64,000 bases of DNA from an uncultured bacterium (GTDB lineage Bacteria; Chloroflexota; UBA5177; JANWHV01), in NCBI GenBank assembly GCA_963729625.1, contig CAVSOU010000011.1, positions 128,001 through 192,000 on the forward strand, in the 5' to 3' direction. This document shows positions 10,307-20,927 of the stretch, piece by piece. The stretch's first letter is position 1. The number at the start of each line of letters is the position of its first letter. The notes under the pieces were generated by a model. The model made no database searches. It was not told the origin of the DNA and saw nothing but the letters and a program-made list of their open reading frames with translations. Both the position numbers and the translations under genes were made by a program.

Positions 10307-11475
10307 ATGAAGGTGGTGATCGTGGCTGGCACCAGGCGCGTGGCTCATATTCCATGCGCGCTTTGATCGTGGCGAGCCCTGACGGGACGAGGTGCAGTTT
10401 ATCGGCCGCACCAGGCGTCCTCGGACGACTGGCGCTTATCTGGGTTCACAAGGCCTTCCGGTGTGGCCGTTGATGTGCGGCACCACGACCGTCAGGTGGA
10501 CCTTGCAGCGCGTGGACGCTGTGCTGGCCAATACGGCGGGACCCGACTTTGAGATGCAGCTTCCCGCCGTCAAGGCAGCGATCGCGGCCGGCGTCGATTA
10601 CGCCGACATCGCCGCGGACGGCCGTGCGACCGATGAGGTGCTTGCCCTCGACGGCGAGATGCGTGTCAAGCGTAGAACGGCGCTGATTGGAGTGGGAGCA
10701 GCCCACGGGTGACGGACCGCACCGATACAGGCTCTGCGGCCACTCGACGTGGTCAGGGAGATCCAATTCGGTACCTGTGGGGAAGCTTGGCTGGTGGCGT
10801 GATGCGGGCCCACGTCGGCTATGTCGCTACTCCGGCAGCATAACTTCTGGCAGATGCGTGATGGCGTTTGTGCGGGGTCCGGTGCGGATCTATCGCGACG
10901 GGCAGCCCCAGACGGTCGACCCATTCACCCATGGAGTGACGGTTACCTGGCCGACCGGTGAGTCCTGTCGCCATCCGGTGGACAGTCGCCGAGACCCGAC
11001 GCTGCCGTTGCATCTTCCCGGAGCGCTGTCGTTCACCAGCCTGGTGTCGTTGTGGCCCCGCGGCTCAATGAGTTGTGGAGGGAGCAGAGCAGTCACATGC
11101 TGGTTGGGATCATGGGCCCGGCAGAAGCGGCACAGGCACTGTACGAGGCTGTCGCAGCGCGGCCGGGGCACTGGCTGGCCAAGCAGGCCAGGAGCCGGAG
11201 CGCTCGTGGGGCGGATTGCTCGCGGCAAGTCGGCGGACGGCCCGCCCGCTATGCCTGATGGCCACGGCGATGGTTCTATTCGACGACAGAAAGTCTCCTC
11301 GCGGTGGCTACTCTGGCGATGGTGCGTGGTGAAGTGCGAGCCAGAGGGGTGGTGCCGCCGGAGGTCGCCTTCGAACCGTCAGATGCCCTGTTTGCTACGT
11401 TGGCGGGCTTCGCAGGGACAGACGCGTCGCAAGAACCCCTGTTTGACGAGTCGATTGTGTATGAGGACAGCGTGA
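10307..11475 (+). pseudogene. Saccharopine dehydrogenase-like oxidoreductase, multiply frameshifted
   Basis: MKVVIVAG start; ANTAGPDF...AAIAAGVDYADI...ALIGVGAAHG; C-terminal GVVPPEVAFEP in another frame. Confidence 0.7.
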
Positions 11476-12017
11476 GCGGGTGAGCGGGCGGAAAAGCGGC
11501 GTGCTGACCTGCCAGGGCGTGAGTCTCATTGGCGAGGAGGTCAGAATGACTACGCGAAGTGCGCGGTTCGATGTGCATGCGCCACAGGTGGTGCCCTGGG
11601 CACCCATGCCGACAACGGCGGACGGAGACGCGAGACGGAACGCGGCGGCGACACACGCGGGGCCAGCCAAGCGACGCGCGGAAGCGGACACCGCGGCCCG
11701 CGCGAGACCACGCGGGGCGCTGGGCACGGACACAACGTGGCTCTGCGGCACCGGCAGCTGGGAAGCAGGCGGCAACAGTGGACTGCATCTCGGTGGGAAG
11801 TCGGTAGCGCTCGTGGGGGCAGAGGAATGGACTCGGGCAAGCGGTCCTGATGGAAAGAGAAGACTATTAACATTGCGAACTGGGAGCCGCCTTCTATCTT
11901 GCTGTGGCGGCGTGTGCGGGCTACACTTCACGCGTCGACTACCAGCGAATGAGTCTTGGCGGTAGGCGACCGAAGAGTAGCCCCGCGTGCCGCCGGCGAA
12001 TCGCTGGAGGGTAGCAG

Positions 12018-12506
12018 TTGAACGGGTGCATTGTGGCAGTTGGTCGCATCCGAGGCGTGACCCTCCTGTGCTTCGCGGCAGCATCGGTCGCCATCGGTCT
12101 GGCAGGCTGTGGCAGCAGCTCGACCAGCGGACCACGGACAACGGTCGCTCCCAGCGCGACTGCCGGTACCGTGAACCTCGCAGGCTGTGTTCCGGCGTCG
12201 ACGGATGGGAATGGCGGCCCCTACCCAGCCGCCACCTCAAGCGATTGCACGCGGCAGAAGACCGTGGAGATCGACGTCGTGAACGATCCAAAGACGATTG
12301 GCGGATTCTCGCCCAGTAACGTCCTGGTGTCTCGCGGGACCACGGTGACGTTCGTCTGGAAGTCTTCGGGCCACAATCTCAGCCCGTTCCATACCGATAT
12401 TGAAGACACAGGCTACGTGTTCCGCAAGACTTTCGATCGCGCCGGAGAGTACGACTACAATTGCCAGGTCCACCCGGGCCAGAACGGCGTGATATTCGTC
12501 CGGTAG
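12018..12506 (+). CDS. Cupredoxin (plastocyanin/azurin-like) lipoprotein
   Basis: Lipobox LAGC; FSPSNVLVSRGTTVTF, GHN, FDRAGEYDYNCQVHPGQNG type-1 Cu motif with axial Gln. Confidence 0.85.
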   Translation: MNGCIVAVGRIRGVTLLCFAAASVAIGLAGCGSSSTSGPRTTVAPSATAGTVNLAGCVPASTDGNGGPYPAATSSDCTRQKTVEIDVVNDPKTIGGFSPSNVLVSRGTTVTFVWKSSGHNLSPFHTDIEDTGYVFRKTFDRAGEYDYNCQVHPGQNGVIFVR

Positions 12507-12707
12507 CGGCAAGCGATGCAGTATTGTATGCTAACGACAGGGGCAGCTCGATCGGTCCCCGGATTCGACGACGGTGCGTGAACTATGCTCGTTCATTAGA
12601 AGGCCGCGAGGAGAGACAGTGTCCGCGGTGTTGCCATCGGTGTGCGCGGACAAGCCACGGCGTGTTTTGACACCTGTGCCTGCCAGTGCGGGAGGTTATC
12701 CAATACT

Positions 12708-14138
12708 ATGACTCAGACATGCGCCCGCTGCGGCCTCTTCCATCCGCAGAATGTGCCGTGCGTCTCGCAGGCATTGGCACTGGTCGAACAACCCGATGAG
12801 CTGGTCGTCGATTCTCTCCTGGCCGGTCGCTACCGTATGCTGCGGACGCTGCATCACGGCGGCATGAGCGTCGTGTATCTGGCCGAAGATATTCTGCTTG
12901 GGAACCGCCACGTGGCTATCAAGGAGCTGCGGGTGCCGGCCTCTTCCGGGCCTGAGGAGCGGCGTGAAGCCGAGGCATGGTTTGCCCGCGAGGCATACAT
13001 TCTCAGCGCCTTGAATCATCCTCTCGTCCCGGAGTTCTACAGCTCGTTCCCGGAAGGCGGCACAAGCTATATCGTCCAGGAGTACGCCGACGGCGAGAAC
13101 TTGAATGACGTGGTGCGCGCGCGCGGACCGCTGCCCGAAGCCACCGTGCTGGAGTGGGCAATATCGCTCTGCGGACTCCTCAGCCACCTGCACGGGCTGG
13201 ACGAGCCGGTGCTGTTCCGTGATCTGAAGCCCGCGAACATCGTGCTTCGGAACGCTGCGTCGACGAATCCAGACCGGGCGTGCCCGCTCAAGGTCGTGGA
13301 CTTCGGCATCGCCAGGCACTATGAGCCGAAGACGGTTGGCACGGTCATAGGCACTCCGGGTTACGCACCCCCAGAGCAATACCAGGGCCTCGCCACACCG
13401 CAGAGCGACATCTACGCGCTGGGTGCGACGCTGCACAGGTTGCTCACCGGCTACGATCCCGAGCACGGCACCACATTCTGCTACCCGAGCATTCGCTCGC
13501 TGAATCCGTTGGTCTCAAGTGAGCTTGCCGATATCGTCGAGAGAGCTATCCGCCTGGACCCGGCCCAGCGCTATGCCACGGCCGGTGAGTTTGGCGATGC
13601 CCTGCTTGACCTTGCCTGGGACCGTGGCCAGATCGGCGTTTCCGACGTGGCATCGCCGGGCGGTCACTGGTACCACGGACCGTCGACCAGGTCGCGACAG
13701 GCGTTCCGTTGGACGGCCCTCGTAGTATGCCTGATGATGGTTGCGCCCGGCGTGTTCTCAGTGCTTGCCGGCATGAGCGTGAGCTCCCCGAGCGCGACGA
13801 TCGGCTTGGGAGACTACGCGTGTCCTCCAGCCTACTCTGATGGGGCCGGGGGTCCTTATCCTGCCCAGTCCCGATCGTCGTGCCTCGGTCAATCCCGGGT
13901 CTGGATTCAGGTCGTGCCGGACGCCAACCAAGGCGTCGGCTTCGCGCCGAGTAACGTCAGCGTCAGCGTGGGAACCACGGTAGAGTTTTGGAGCAGTAGT
14001 ATCGGCTGCAAGGTCGCATGGTCGCCGAATACGGTCGGCGTGCGGACTCTGTCCGGAATCCAGTTCACGCGCACGGGTGACTATATGTACTCCTGCCAGG
14101 AAATGCCAAACGTGTTTGGGGTTGTGCATGTCGAGTAG
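12708..14138 (+). CDS. Membrane Hanks-type Ser/Thr kinase with N-terminal Cys/His ribbon and C-terminal cupredoxin-like domain
   Basis: CARCGLFH..C; GGMSVVY, VAIKE, FRDLKPAN, DFG, GTPGYAPPEQ; TM helix; C-terminal domain aligns with the upstream cupredoxin. Confidence 0.9.
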   Translation: MTQTCARCGLFHPQNVPCVSQALALVEQPDELVVDSLLAGRYRMLRTLHHGGMSVVYLAEDILLGNRHVAIKELRVPASSGPEERREAEAWFAREAYILSALNHPLVPEFYSSFPEGGTSYIVQEYADGENLNDVVRARGPLPEATVLEWAISLCGLLSHLHGLDEPVLFRDLKPANIVLRNAASTNPDRACPLKVVDFGIARHYEPKTVGTVIGTPGYAPPEQYQGLATPQSDIYALGATLHRLLTGYDPEHGTTFCYPSIRSLNPLVSSELADIVERAIRLDPAQRYATAGEFGDALLDLAWDRGQIGVSDVASPGGHWYHGPSTRSRQAFRWTALVVCLMMVAPGVFSVLAGMSVSSPSATIGLGDYACPPAYSDGAGGPYPAQSRSSCLGQSRVWIQVVPDANQGVGFAPSNVSVSVGTTVEFWSSSIGCKVAWSPNTVGVRTLSGIQFTRTGDYMYSCQEMPNVFGVVHVE

Positions 14139-14198
14139 GAGTCGGCACGGCAGGTTCTCCAGCAGTGCAGCTGATTTTCTGGGAGTGACGGCAACTGG

Positions 14199-15476
14199 GT
14201 GACTGAACCAAGGCGAGACGGCGACACCTCGGCGCCCGCACCGGCCGTGGACACGCTCCTCTCCAAGAGCGTGATAGTCGTGCCCACGTACTGGAGTCGG
14301 TCGCACGGATTTCGTCGCCCTGGAGACAGTACGGAGGATCATCCGACTCCCGCCAACGAGTCGGGCACTATGGCCCGCCTGCTTGCCAGTCTGCAGCGGC
14401 TGGCGGAGAAACCCAGTCTGGTTCTGATACTCATCTCTAGCTCCGCGCCGGACGTGGCAACCAGTGCGTCGTGGCAGGCAGACACTATTCGAGACAGATA
14501 CCCCGATCTCCCGATCGCGCTTTGGCTGCCGACGCATGTGCAGATTCTGCATGGCCGGCTCCGTTCGCTGGGTCACGACGCGTGGATCTCCTGGTTTGAT
14601 TCTCGCGGCTACCCGCTCATCCGGAATATGCAGCTTCTGGTGCCTTTCGTGCTTGGCATGGAGCTGGTCGTGGCGCTCGATGACGACGAGATCGTCGAGG
14701 ACCCCCATTTCTTGCGGCGTTCCGCCGAGGCAATCGCGTGGGGTGACGCCCGCGGCGAACGCGTGTTCGGTGCCGGCGGGCACTACCTCGATGATGCCGG
14801 CCGGCGTTGGCACGAGGTCGGGGAGTCGGAGAAGATGCAAACCAACCCGTTCGAGAAGAAGCCCCACCTCATGAACGGGATCCTCGAACGTATTGCCGCG
14901 ATGCCCGGAGAGATCGTGCCGAGCGCGTTCGCGCTCGGCGGAAACATGAGCTTCAGCCGTGAGCTCATGTGCCGGGTGGGGTTCGACCCTTCGATCGCGC
15001 GGGGAGAAGATATCGACTACGTGCTCAACGCAGCGCTCGCTGGCATTCCCTATCACTTTGACAAGGAGCGACCAATCCGGCACCTTCCGCCCCAAGGACG
15101 GTCCTACAAGGACTTCGATTATGCGAAGCTTCAGCAGGACGTGAGACGCTTCCTTTACGAGCGCGAGAAGCTACGCGCCGCGGCGGAGGCCGGTGGCTTT
15201 GCAGCAGTGCGGCCCGAGGATCTTGATCCATACCCGGGCGCCTTCTTGCATGACGACCTGGAGGTCGACGCGGTCGATTCGCTGACGCTGCACAGACCGA
15301 AGCTCTTCGACGTGAGCATCCAACAGCCCGACGTGTTCGTTCAGAACGCGCTGCACTTCGCGCGCGCCGCCGCCGAACGCTACATCACGTTTGCCCGAGC
15401 ATGGCCTCAGGCGATGGATCGGCTTGCCGACGATCGCGTGCTGCGGCACGTCATCCGGGGTATTCTTCCCGGGTAG
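14199..15476 (+). CDS. Hypothetical GT-A fold glycosyltransferase-like protein
   Basis: VVPTY, RN, LDDDE (DxD-like), GGN, GFDP...RGEDID motifs. Confidence 0.65.
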   Translation: MTEPRRDGDTSAPAPAVDTLLSKSVIVVPTYWSRSHGFRRPGDSTEDHPTPANESGTMARLLASLQRLAEKPSLVLILISSSAPDVATSASWQADTIRDRYPDLPIALWLPTHVQILHGRLRSLGHDAWISWFDSRGYPLIRNMQLLVPFVLGMELVVALDDDEIVEDPHFLRRSAEAIAWGDARGERVFGAGGHYLDDAGRRWHEVGESEKMQTNPFEKKPHLMNGILERIAAMPGEIVPSAFALGGNMSFSRELMCRVGFDPSIARGEDIDYVLNAALAGIPYHFDKERPIRHLPPQGRSYKDFDYAKLQQDVRRFLYEREKLRAAAEAGGFAAVRPEDLDPYPGAFLHDDLEVDAVDSLTLHRPKLFDVSIQQPDVFVQNALHFARAAAERYITFARAWPQAMDRLADDRVLRHVIRGILPG

Positions 15477-15509
15477 TCTGTCCTGAAGGGCCTCAGCCCG
15501 GCGATCTTG

Positions 15510-17078
15510 CTACAAGCCTTGAGGCGCGGACGCGCGTCTCCACCTCAGGTCTGGCTTCCGTGCCGCGAGAGCTTCGTCGATGCGCGATACCGGCGCATGG
15601 TGCGGCGCGCCGCGGACCTCGTCGCTCCCCGCTTCGACTTCCCGGGCAACCGCCAGCAGCGCCTCGGCAAAGCCCTCGAGAGTGGCTCGATCTTCCGTCT
15701 CAGTCGGCTCGATCATCAGGCACTCGTCGACGATGTGCGGGAAATAGATGGTCGGCGGATGGTAGCCGAAGTCGATCAGGCGCTTCACCATGTCTATCGT
15801 CTTCACGCCTTGTTGCTTCTGCCGCGTGCCCGACACCACGAATTCATGCATGCAGCTGCCCGGGAAGGGCGCCTCGAACGCGCTGATCAGCAAGGAACGC
15901 AGGTAGTTGGCATTGAGCACGGCGTCGCGGCTTGCCAGCGTCAGGCCGTCGGGACCCATGGAGCGAACGTACACGTATGCTCGAATGAGCAGGCCAACGT
16001 TGCCGAAGAAGCTGCGCACACGGCCGATGCTGAGCGGCCGGTCGCTCGTGAGCGTGTAGAGCTCCGCGCCATCGGCACCGGCTCCCCGCTCGATCTGCGG
16101 CACGGGCAGGAAGGGCGCCAGCGCGGCCTTCACCCCGACGGGACCCGTGCCTGGTCCGCCGCCGCCATGTGGCGTGGTCATCGTCTTGTGCAGGTTGAAG
16201 TGCACTACGTCGAAGCCCATGTCGCCGGGACGCGCGGTGCCCATGATCGCATTGAGGTTCGCTCCGTCATAGTAGAGACGTCCACCGGCATCGTGTACGA
16301 TGCCGGCTATCTCCACGATGTCCTTCTCGAAAAGACCGCACGTATTCGGATTGGTGAGCATCAACGCCGCGGTTCGCGGTCCGGTTAGCCGGCGCAGATC
16401 GTCGACGTCGACCGTGCCCCGAGCATTGGATTTCACTTGCACGACGCTGTATCCTGCGGCAGCCGCACTCGCCGGGTTGGTTCCGTGGGCCGTGTCCGGC
16501 ACCAGGACCTCGCTCCGGCGATCGCCGCGACTCTCATGGAAGGCGCGGATGATCATCAGACCCGTGAGCTCGCCATGCGCCCCCGCTGCCGGCTGCAGCG
16601 TGAAGGCGTCCATGCCGCCTATCTCACAGAGATACTCCTGCAAGCGGAAGAGAAGCGCGAGCACGCCCTGGACTGTGGAGTCGGGCTGGTGTGGATGGAG
16701 ACCGGACCAGCGTGGATCGGCGACTAGGTCCTCGTGCAGTTTTGGATTGTACTTCATGGTGCACGAGCCAAGTGGGTAGAATCCGCCGTCGATGCTGTAA
16801 TTCAGCTGCGAGAGCCTGGTGAAGTGCCTCACGACCTGCAGTTCACTCATTTCGGGCAGCTCAGCAGTTGTAGATCGCTGGAGTTGCGATGGGATGAGTG
16901 CCGCGATCGGTTGCTCAGGCACGTCACAGGCCGGAAGGGAGAAAGCCGATCGACCGGGAGACGATAGCTCAAACACGGTCGGCTCGAGGACCTTGCGGTC
17001 GGCGGTTGTCGCGGCGGAGCTTGGCCGTGCTGGCGCCGCGTCCTGCATATCTTTCAAGGGCTGGCCTATCGCCATCAT
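15510..17078 (-). CDS. gcvPB: Glycine dehydrogenase (decarboxylating) subunit 2
   Basis: [40 protein letters not shown]; ATGA overlap with gcvPA. Confidence 0.96.
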   Translation of the reverse strand: MMAIGQPLKDMQDAAPARPSSAATTADRKVLEPTVFELSSPGRSAFSLPACDVPEQPIAALIPSQLQRSTTAELPEMSELQVVRHFTRLSQLNYSIDGGFYPLGSCTMKYNPKLHEDLVADPRWSGLHPHQPDSTVQGVLALLFRLQEYLCEIGGMDAFTLQPAAGAHGELTGLMIIRAFHESRGDRRSEVLVPDTAHGTNPASAAAAGYSVVQVKSNARGTVDVDDLRRLTGPRTAALMLTNPNTCGLFEKDIVEIAGIVHDAGGRLYYDGANLNAIMGTARPGDMGFDVVHFNLHKTMTTPHGGGGPGTGPVGVKAALAPFLPVPQIERGAGADGAELYTLTSDRPLSIGRVRSFFGNVGLLIRAYVYVRSMGPDGLTLASRDAVLNANYLRSLLISAFEAPFPGSCMHEFVVSGTRQKQQGVKTIDMVKRLIDFGYHPPTIYFPHIVDECLMIEPTETEDRATLEGFAEALLAVAREVEAGSDEVRGAPHHAPVSRIDEALAARKPDLRWRRASAPQGL

Positions 17079-18418
17079 GCGCGCACCTCTCCCAGTGCCT
17101 GAGCCAGGGCATCGATATCTTCTCTGCCGTTCAGCTCCGTGCAACACACGAGCAGTCCTTGCGGAATGCCCGCCTGTCCATCCAGCGGGATTCCGGCGAG
17201 GATGCCACGCGTGACCAGGGCGTCGCGAATCTCCGCTCCCGGCAGAGGCGTGCGGACCGCGAACTCATGGAAGAAGGGCCGGTGAAAAGCCAGTTCATAG
17301 CCGGCGACCCTGCCGATCTGGTCGGCCGCGTAGTGCGCCTTCTGCACGCACAGATTGGCCACGTGGCGCAGACCCTGCTTGCCCATGTAGCTGAGGTACA
17401 TGGTGGCCGTCGTGGCGCAGAGCGCATGGTTGGAGCAAATATTGCTGGTAGCCTTCTCCCGTCGAATGTCTTGTTCGCGCGTGCGCAGCGTCATGACGTA
17501 GGCACGGCGCCCCCGCGAGTCGACGCTGGCGCCCACGATGCGTCCCGGCAAGCGACGCACGAGCGATTCCTTGCAGGCGATGAACCCTGCGTACGGTCCG
17601 CCATACGCGAGCGGCATGCCAAACGGCTGGGCATCACCCACCGCGATGTCCGCGCCCACTTCACCGGGCGTGCTCAACAGTGCCAGCGACAGCGGGTTTA
17701 CACACGCGACATACAGTGCGCCGGCCCCGTGCGCGGCTTCGGCCAGAACCGCCTGGTCTTCGACAATCCCGAAATAGTTCGGCGACTGAGCGATCACGAC
17801 CGCGCTGCGATCGTCGAGGGCCGCGGCCACCCGCGCGGCGTCCACGCTGCCATTCAGGGCCGGCACTTCAGTCAATGTAAGGCCCTGGCTCCAGCAGTAC
17901 GTCCGGAGCACCTGCAGATAGTCGGGATTGAGTGTGCCGGGCACAATCACCCCACGACGCCCCGTGGCGTTCACGGCCATCATCGCCGCTTCCGCACATG
18001 CCGTGGCGGCGTCATAGAGCGAGGCGTTGGAGACGTCGAGCCCGGTTAGCTCGCAGATCATGCTCTGCCACTCGTAGGTCACTTGCAGCGTGCCCTGGCT
18101 AACCTCCGGCTGGTACGGCGTGTACGCTGTGACAAACTCGCCACGGGACGCCAATGCCGAGACAACGGCCGGAATGTGGTGATGGTAAGCGCCGCCCCCA
18201 AGGAAGGAGCGTGGCCCGGCACGCAGGCTATTGCGGTCGGCCAGTCTCTCCATCTCCTGGATGATCTCGGGTTCCGAGACCGCAACTGGCAGGTCGAGCG
18301 GACCAGAGCGCAGTCCTGATGGGATGTCGGCGAGCAGGTCCTCCATGCTGGAGACGCCAAGCGAATCGAGCATCGCGCCGCGATCGGCATCGGTGTGAGG
18401 GAGATATGGTGTGGGCAT
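17075..18418 (-). CDS. gcvPA: Glycine dehydrogenase (decarboxylating) subunit 1
   Basis: [40 protein letters not shown]. Confidence 0.96.
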   Translation of the reverse strand: MPTPYLPHTDADRGAMLDSLGVSSMEDLLADIPSGLRSGPLDLPVAVSEPEIIQEMERLADRNSLRAGPRSFLGGGAYHHHIPAVVSALASRGEFVTAYTPYQPEVSQGTLQVTYEWQSMICELTGLDVSNASLYDAATACAEAAMMAVNATGRRGVIVPGTLNPDYLQVLRTYCWSQGLTLTEVPALNGSVDAARVAAALDDRSAVVIAQSPNYFGIVEDQAVLAEAAHGAGALYVACVNPLSLALLSTPGEVGADIAVGDAQPFGMPLAYGGPYAGFIACKESLVRRLPGRIVGASVDSRGRRAYVMTLRTREQDIRREKATSNICSNHALCATTATMYLSYMGKQGLRHVANLCVQKAHYAADQIGRVAGYELAFHRPFFHEFAVRTPLPGAEIRDALVTRGILAGIPLDGQAGIPQGLLVCCTELNGREDIDALAQALGEVRA

Positions 18419-18460
18419 TCTGCGGTGATCCTTTGAACTCGTCAATCTCGATGTGTCCCC

Positions 18461-18488
18461 GCGCTGCCCTGATGCCGCAGCTTCAGGC
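18461..18488. repeat. REP-like palindromic element, copy 1
   Basis: GCGCTGCCCTGATGCCGCAGCTTCAGGC, identical at 60571-60598, 1 mismatch at 18594-18621. Confidence 0.75.
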
Positions 18489-18593
18489 CCACGGGCGCCA
18501 TATCTCGTAGCCGCCGCAGCCGCGGGGTACGCATACAGTGGGTCGCCTTCCATTCTGCTGCAGCTGGAGGTCAATCAAGTGGAAGCCCCCCGT

Positions 18594-18621
18594 GCGCTCC
18601 CCTGATGCCGCAGCTTCAGGC
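18594..18621. repeat. REP-like palindromic element, copy 2
   Basis: GCGCTCCCCTGATGCCGCAGCTTCAGGC. Confidence 0.75.
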
Positions 18622-18662
18622 TTGGAACACATCGCGACGACTCCCCCCTTCACGTATCAGCC

Positions 18663-19034
18663 TCAGTGCGCGGCGGTCTCCTGGTACGTGGCCCGATCCA
18701 TCAACAGTTCCCGATCGGCGACATTCCCTGAGATCTTTAGTAGCCAGCCGTCGCCGAACGGGCTGTTGTTCACGAGCTCGGGCTTGTCCACCAGCGCGGT
18801 GTTCACCTCCACCACGGTGAAATCGATGGGTGCGTACAGATCTGAAGCAGTCTTCACCGACTCGATGGTCCCGAAAGTCTCGCCGGCCTTGAACGCCTTG
18901 CCGACCGGCGGAAGCTCGACGTACACGACGTCGCCCAGCTGTTCCTGCGCGAAGTCGCTGATGCCAATGGTCATGGGGTCGCCATCGCTTGTCCACTCGT
19001 GGCTGCTCGCATAGCGGAGAAGATCCGGATTCAC
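18663..19034 (-). CDS. gcvH: Glycine cleavage system H protein
   Basis: [31 protein letters not shown] lipoyl-Lys, NNSPFGDGW; GTG start with AGGAGG. Confidence 0.96.
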   Translation of the reverse strand: MNPDLLRYASSHEWTSDGDPMTIGISDFAQEQLGDVVYVELPPVGKAFKAGETFGTIESVKTASDLYAPIDFTVVEVNTALVDKPELVNNSPFGDGWLLKISGNVADRELLMDRATYQETAAH

Positions 19035-19252
19035 GTCTGTCCCTCCTATGTGCTTCATCGGTGTACGGTCAACTGGCGAAACGATCGTCGACTCGGGCGC
19101 GCCCGGGAATCGCGATCTGTGCTGATGAGTCAAATGTCCTGCCTGTGGCCTTTCCAGTGGCCGGGCCTCGGCCCGCGCGTCTGATACTCCCGCCTTCAGG
19201 CCGCCTCTGCTGTTGTGCCCTGGGAAACGTTACGAACGTGACAAGTGCCCCT

Positions 19253-20476
19253 CTAGGTTTGCTTTTGGCGTCGATAGAACGGTGTCTTGACTACCGTGGC
19301 TCGGTGCGGCTGGTCGCGCACCCGCACGGCAACCGTGGTGCCGATTGGCGACTCCGCGACCGGCAGATAGGCAAGGGCGATTCCCTTGCCGAGCGTGGGC
19401 GAGAAGCCGCCGCTCGTCACCTCGCCAAGCTGATTGCCTGCGCTATCGACGACAGCGTAGTGGGCGCGCGGCACAGCCCGATCATCCATGGCGAGCCCGG
19501 CAAGCACGCGTGTGAGACCTTCTCGCTGCTGCGCTGCCAGCGCATCGCGGCCTCTGAACTTCGGCTTCTCAAGCTTGACCCAGCGGCCAAGTCCGGCTTC
19601 CAGCGGCGTCGTATCGTCGGTGATGTCATTGCCGTAAAGGGGTAGCCTCGCCTCGAGACGAAGCGTGTCGCGCGCGCCGAGGCCAACCGGTCGCAGCCCA
19701 TAATCGACGCCGGCCCCGCGCAGAGCGTTCCACAGATTCACCGCCTGCGCGGCGTCGACCAGCAGCTCAAAACCGTCCTCGCCCGTGTAACCGGTCCGCG
19801 CAATGGTGACCGCGAGTCCAGCCACCACAGACGTTGCCAGCCCGAAGAAAGGAAGCGCTTCGAGCGGCTCATCCGTCAGCGCCTGGAGGATGATTTCCGC
19901 ATTCGGACCCTGGATGGCGATCAACGCGGTCTCGAAACTGCGATCTTCGATCGTCGTGACGCCTTGCAGCCGTTCCTCTCCTTGAACCTGATTCAGCCAG
20001 GCCCAATCCTTCTCGGTGTTGGCGGCGTTCACGATCAGGAGGTAATGGGCGTCCTCCGCTCCCGGCAGGTGGTAGGCGATAATGTCGTCCACGATCGTGC
20101 CGTCGTCCCGACACATCGGCGAATAGACCGCGCGCGACGCCGGCACCATGCTGATGTCGTTGGTTATCAGCGTGTTGACGAGACATAAGGCGCCCGGGCC
20201 GCCCACGTAGAACTCGCCCATGTGCGAGAGGTCAAAAAGACCGGCGGTGGTTCGCGTGGCGTTGTGTTCCTCGACGATGCTGCCGTAATCGATCGGCATG
20301 TGCCAGCCGCCGAAGGGCGCCATGCGCGCCCCTAGCGCCACATGCTGGGCATGCAGAGGCGTTTCACGCAACGTTTCCGTTGCGGGAGCCACGTCCCGCC
20401 ACGGGCTCGGCCTCGCCGCGCGATCCGTGCCTGGCACGTCGTGCCCGGGCCGCGCCGGAGTAGCGTCCTCGCTCAT
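19253..20476 (-). CDS. gcvT: Glycine cleavage system aminomethyltransferase T
   Basis: PFGGWHMP, FDLSHMGE, RTGYTGEDGFE, GLGARDTLRLEA. Confidence 0.96.
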   Translation of the reverse strand: MSEDATPARPGHDVPGTDRAARPSPWRDVAPATETLRETPLHAQHVALGARMAPFGGWHMPIDYGSIVEEHNATRTTAGLFDLSHMGEFYVGGPGALCLVNTLITNDISMVPASRAVYSPMCRDDGTIVDDIIAYHLPGAEDAHYLLIVNAANTEKDWAWLNQVQGEERLQGVTTIEDRSFETALIAIQGPNAEIILQALTDEPLEALPFFGLATSVVAGLAVTIARTGYTGEDGFELLVDAAQAVNLWNALRGAGVDYGLRPVGLGARDTLRLEARLPLYGNDITDDTTPLEAGLGRWVKLEKPKFRGRDALAAQQREGLTRVLAGLAMDDRAVPRAHYAVVDSAGNQLGEVTSGGFSPTLGKGIALAYLPVAESPIGTTVAVRVRDQPHRATVVKTPFYRRQKQT

Positions 20477-20512
20477 CTCGTCACCCTTCTCAAGGCTCCA
20501 GTTCCGGCACCA

Positions 20513-20725
20513 CAAAACAGAAAGAGCGGAGACTATGGGGTATCATCGCCCGCATAGCTCCGCTCTGTTCTCGTCCAGCCCGCCTCGCAAGAGACGGCCG
20601 GGTCCCGTTCAGAGCACCGTCCAGCCGGAATCCTGTTGCCTGAGAGATTCACCCGCCTTGCGAGCTTTCCCCTTCGGCGCCGCGCCTAGCTTGACGCGAT
20701 CTCTTTTCCTGCCTTCTCCCGGTAG
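20513..20725 (-). ncRNA. Glycine riboswitch (singlet with ghost aptamer) plus intrinsic terminator
   Basis: Minus strand AGAGA...CGCCGAAGG...AATCTCTCAGG...GGACG..CTCTG; terminator stem AGAGCGGAG/CTCCGCTCT followed by TTCTGTTTT, upstream of gcvT. Confidence 0.88.
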
Positions 20726-20927
20726 CTAGTCACAGTGTAGGCGGGGTGAGAGGGAAAAATCAAATTCACAGAAAGTTTACAACTGGAAACACAACGTTTA
20801 TCAATGCATAACGACCTGCAAACATTTCGCGCCTACCCTTGGAGTGTGCGCAGGCAGATCGGCCCCCGGCCTCGGAAGGCGGAGCAATCCGCGAGGGCCT
20901 GCGGAAAACGGCAGGGAGAGAAACGCT

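Noticed and set aside
11547-11965. ORF with a GAGGAGG RBS (MTTRSARF...)
   Set aside because: Low-complexity product with no recognisable domain, in a decayed region. It cannot be supported.
19221-19240. LacI-like box TGGGAAACGTTACGA between gcvT and gcvH
   Set aside because: A weak palindrome with no associated promoter; probably chance.
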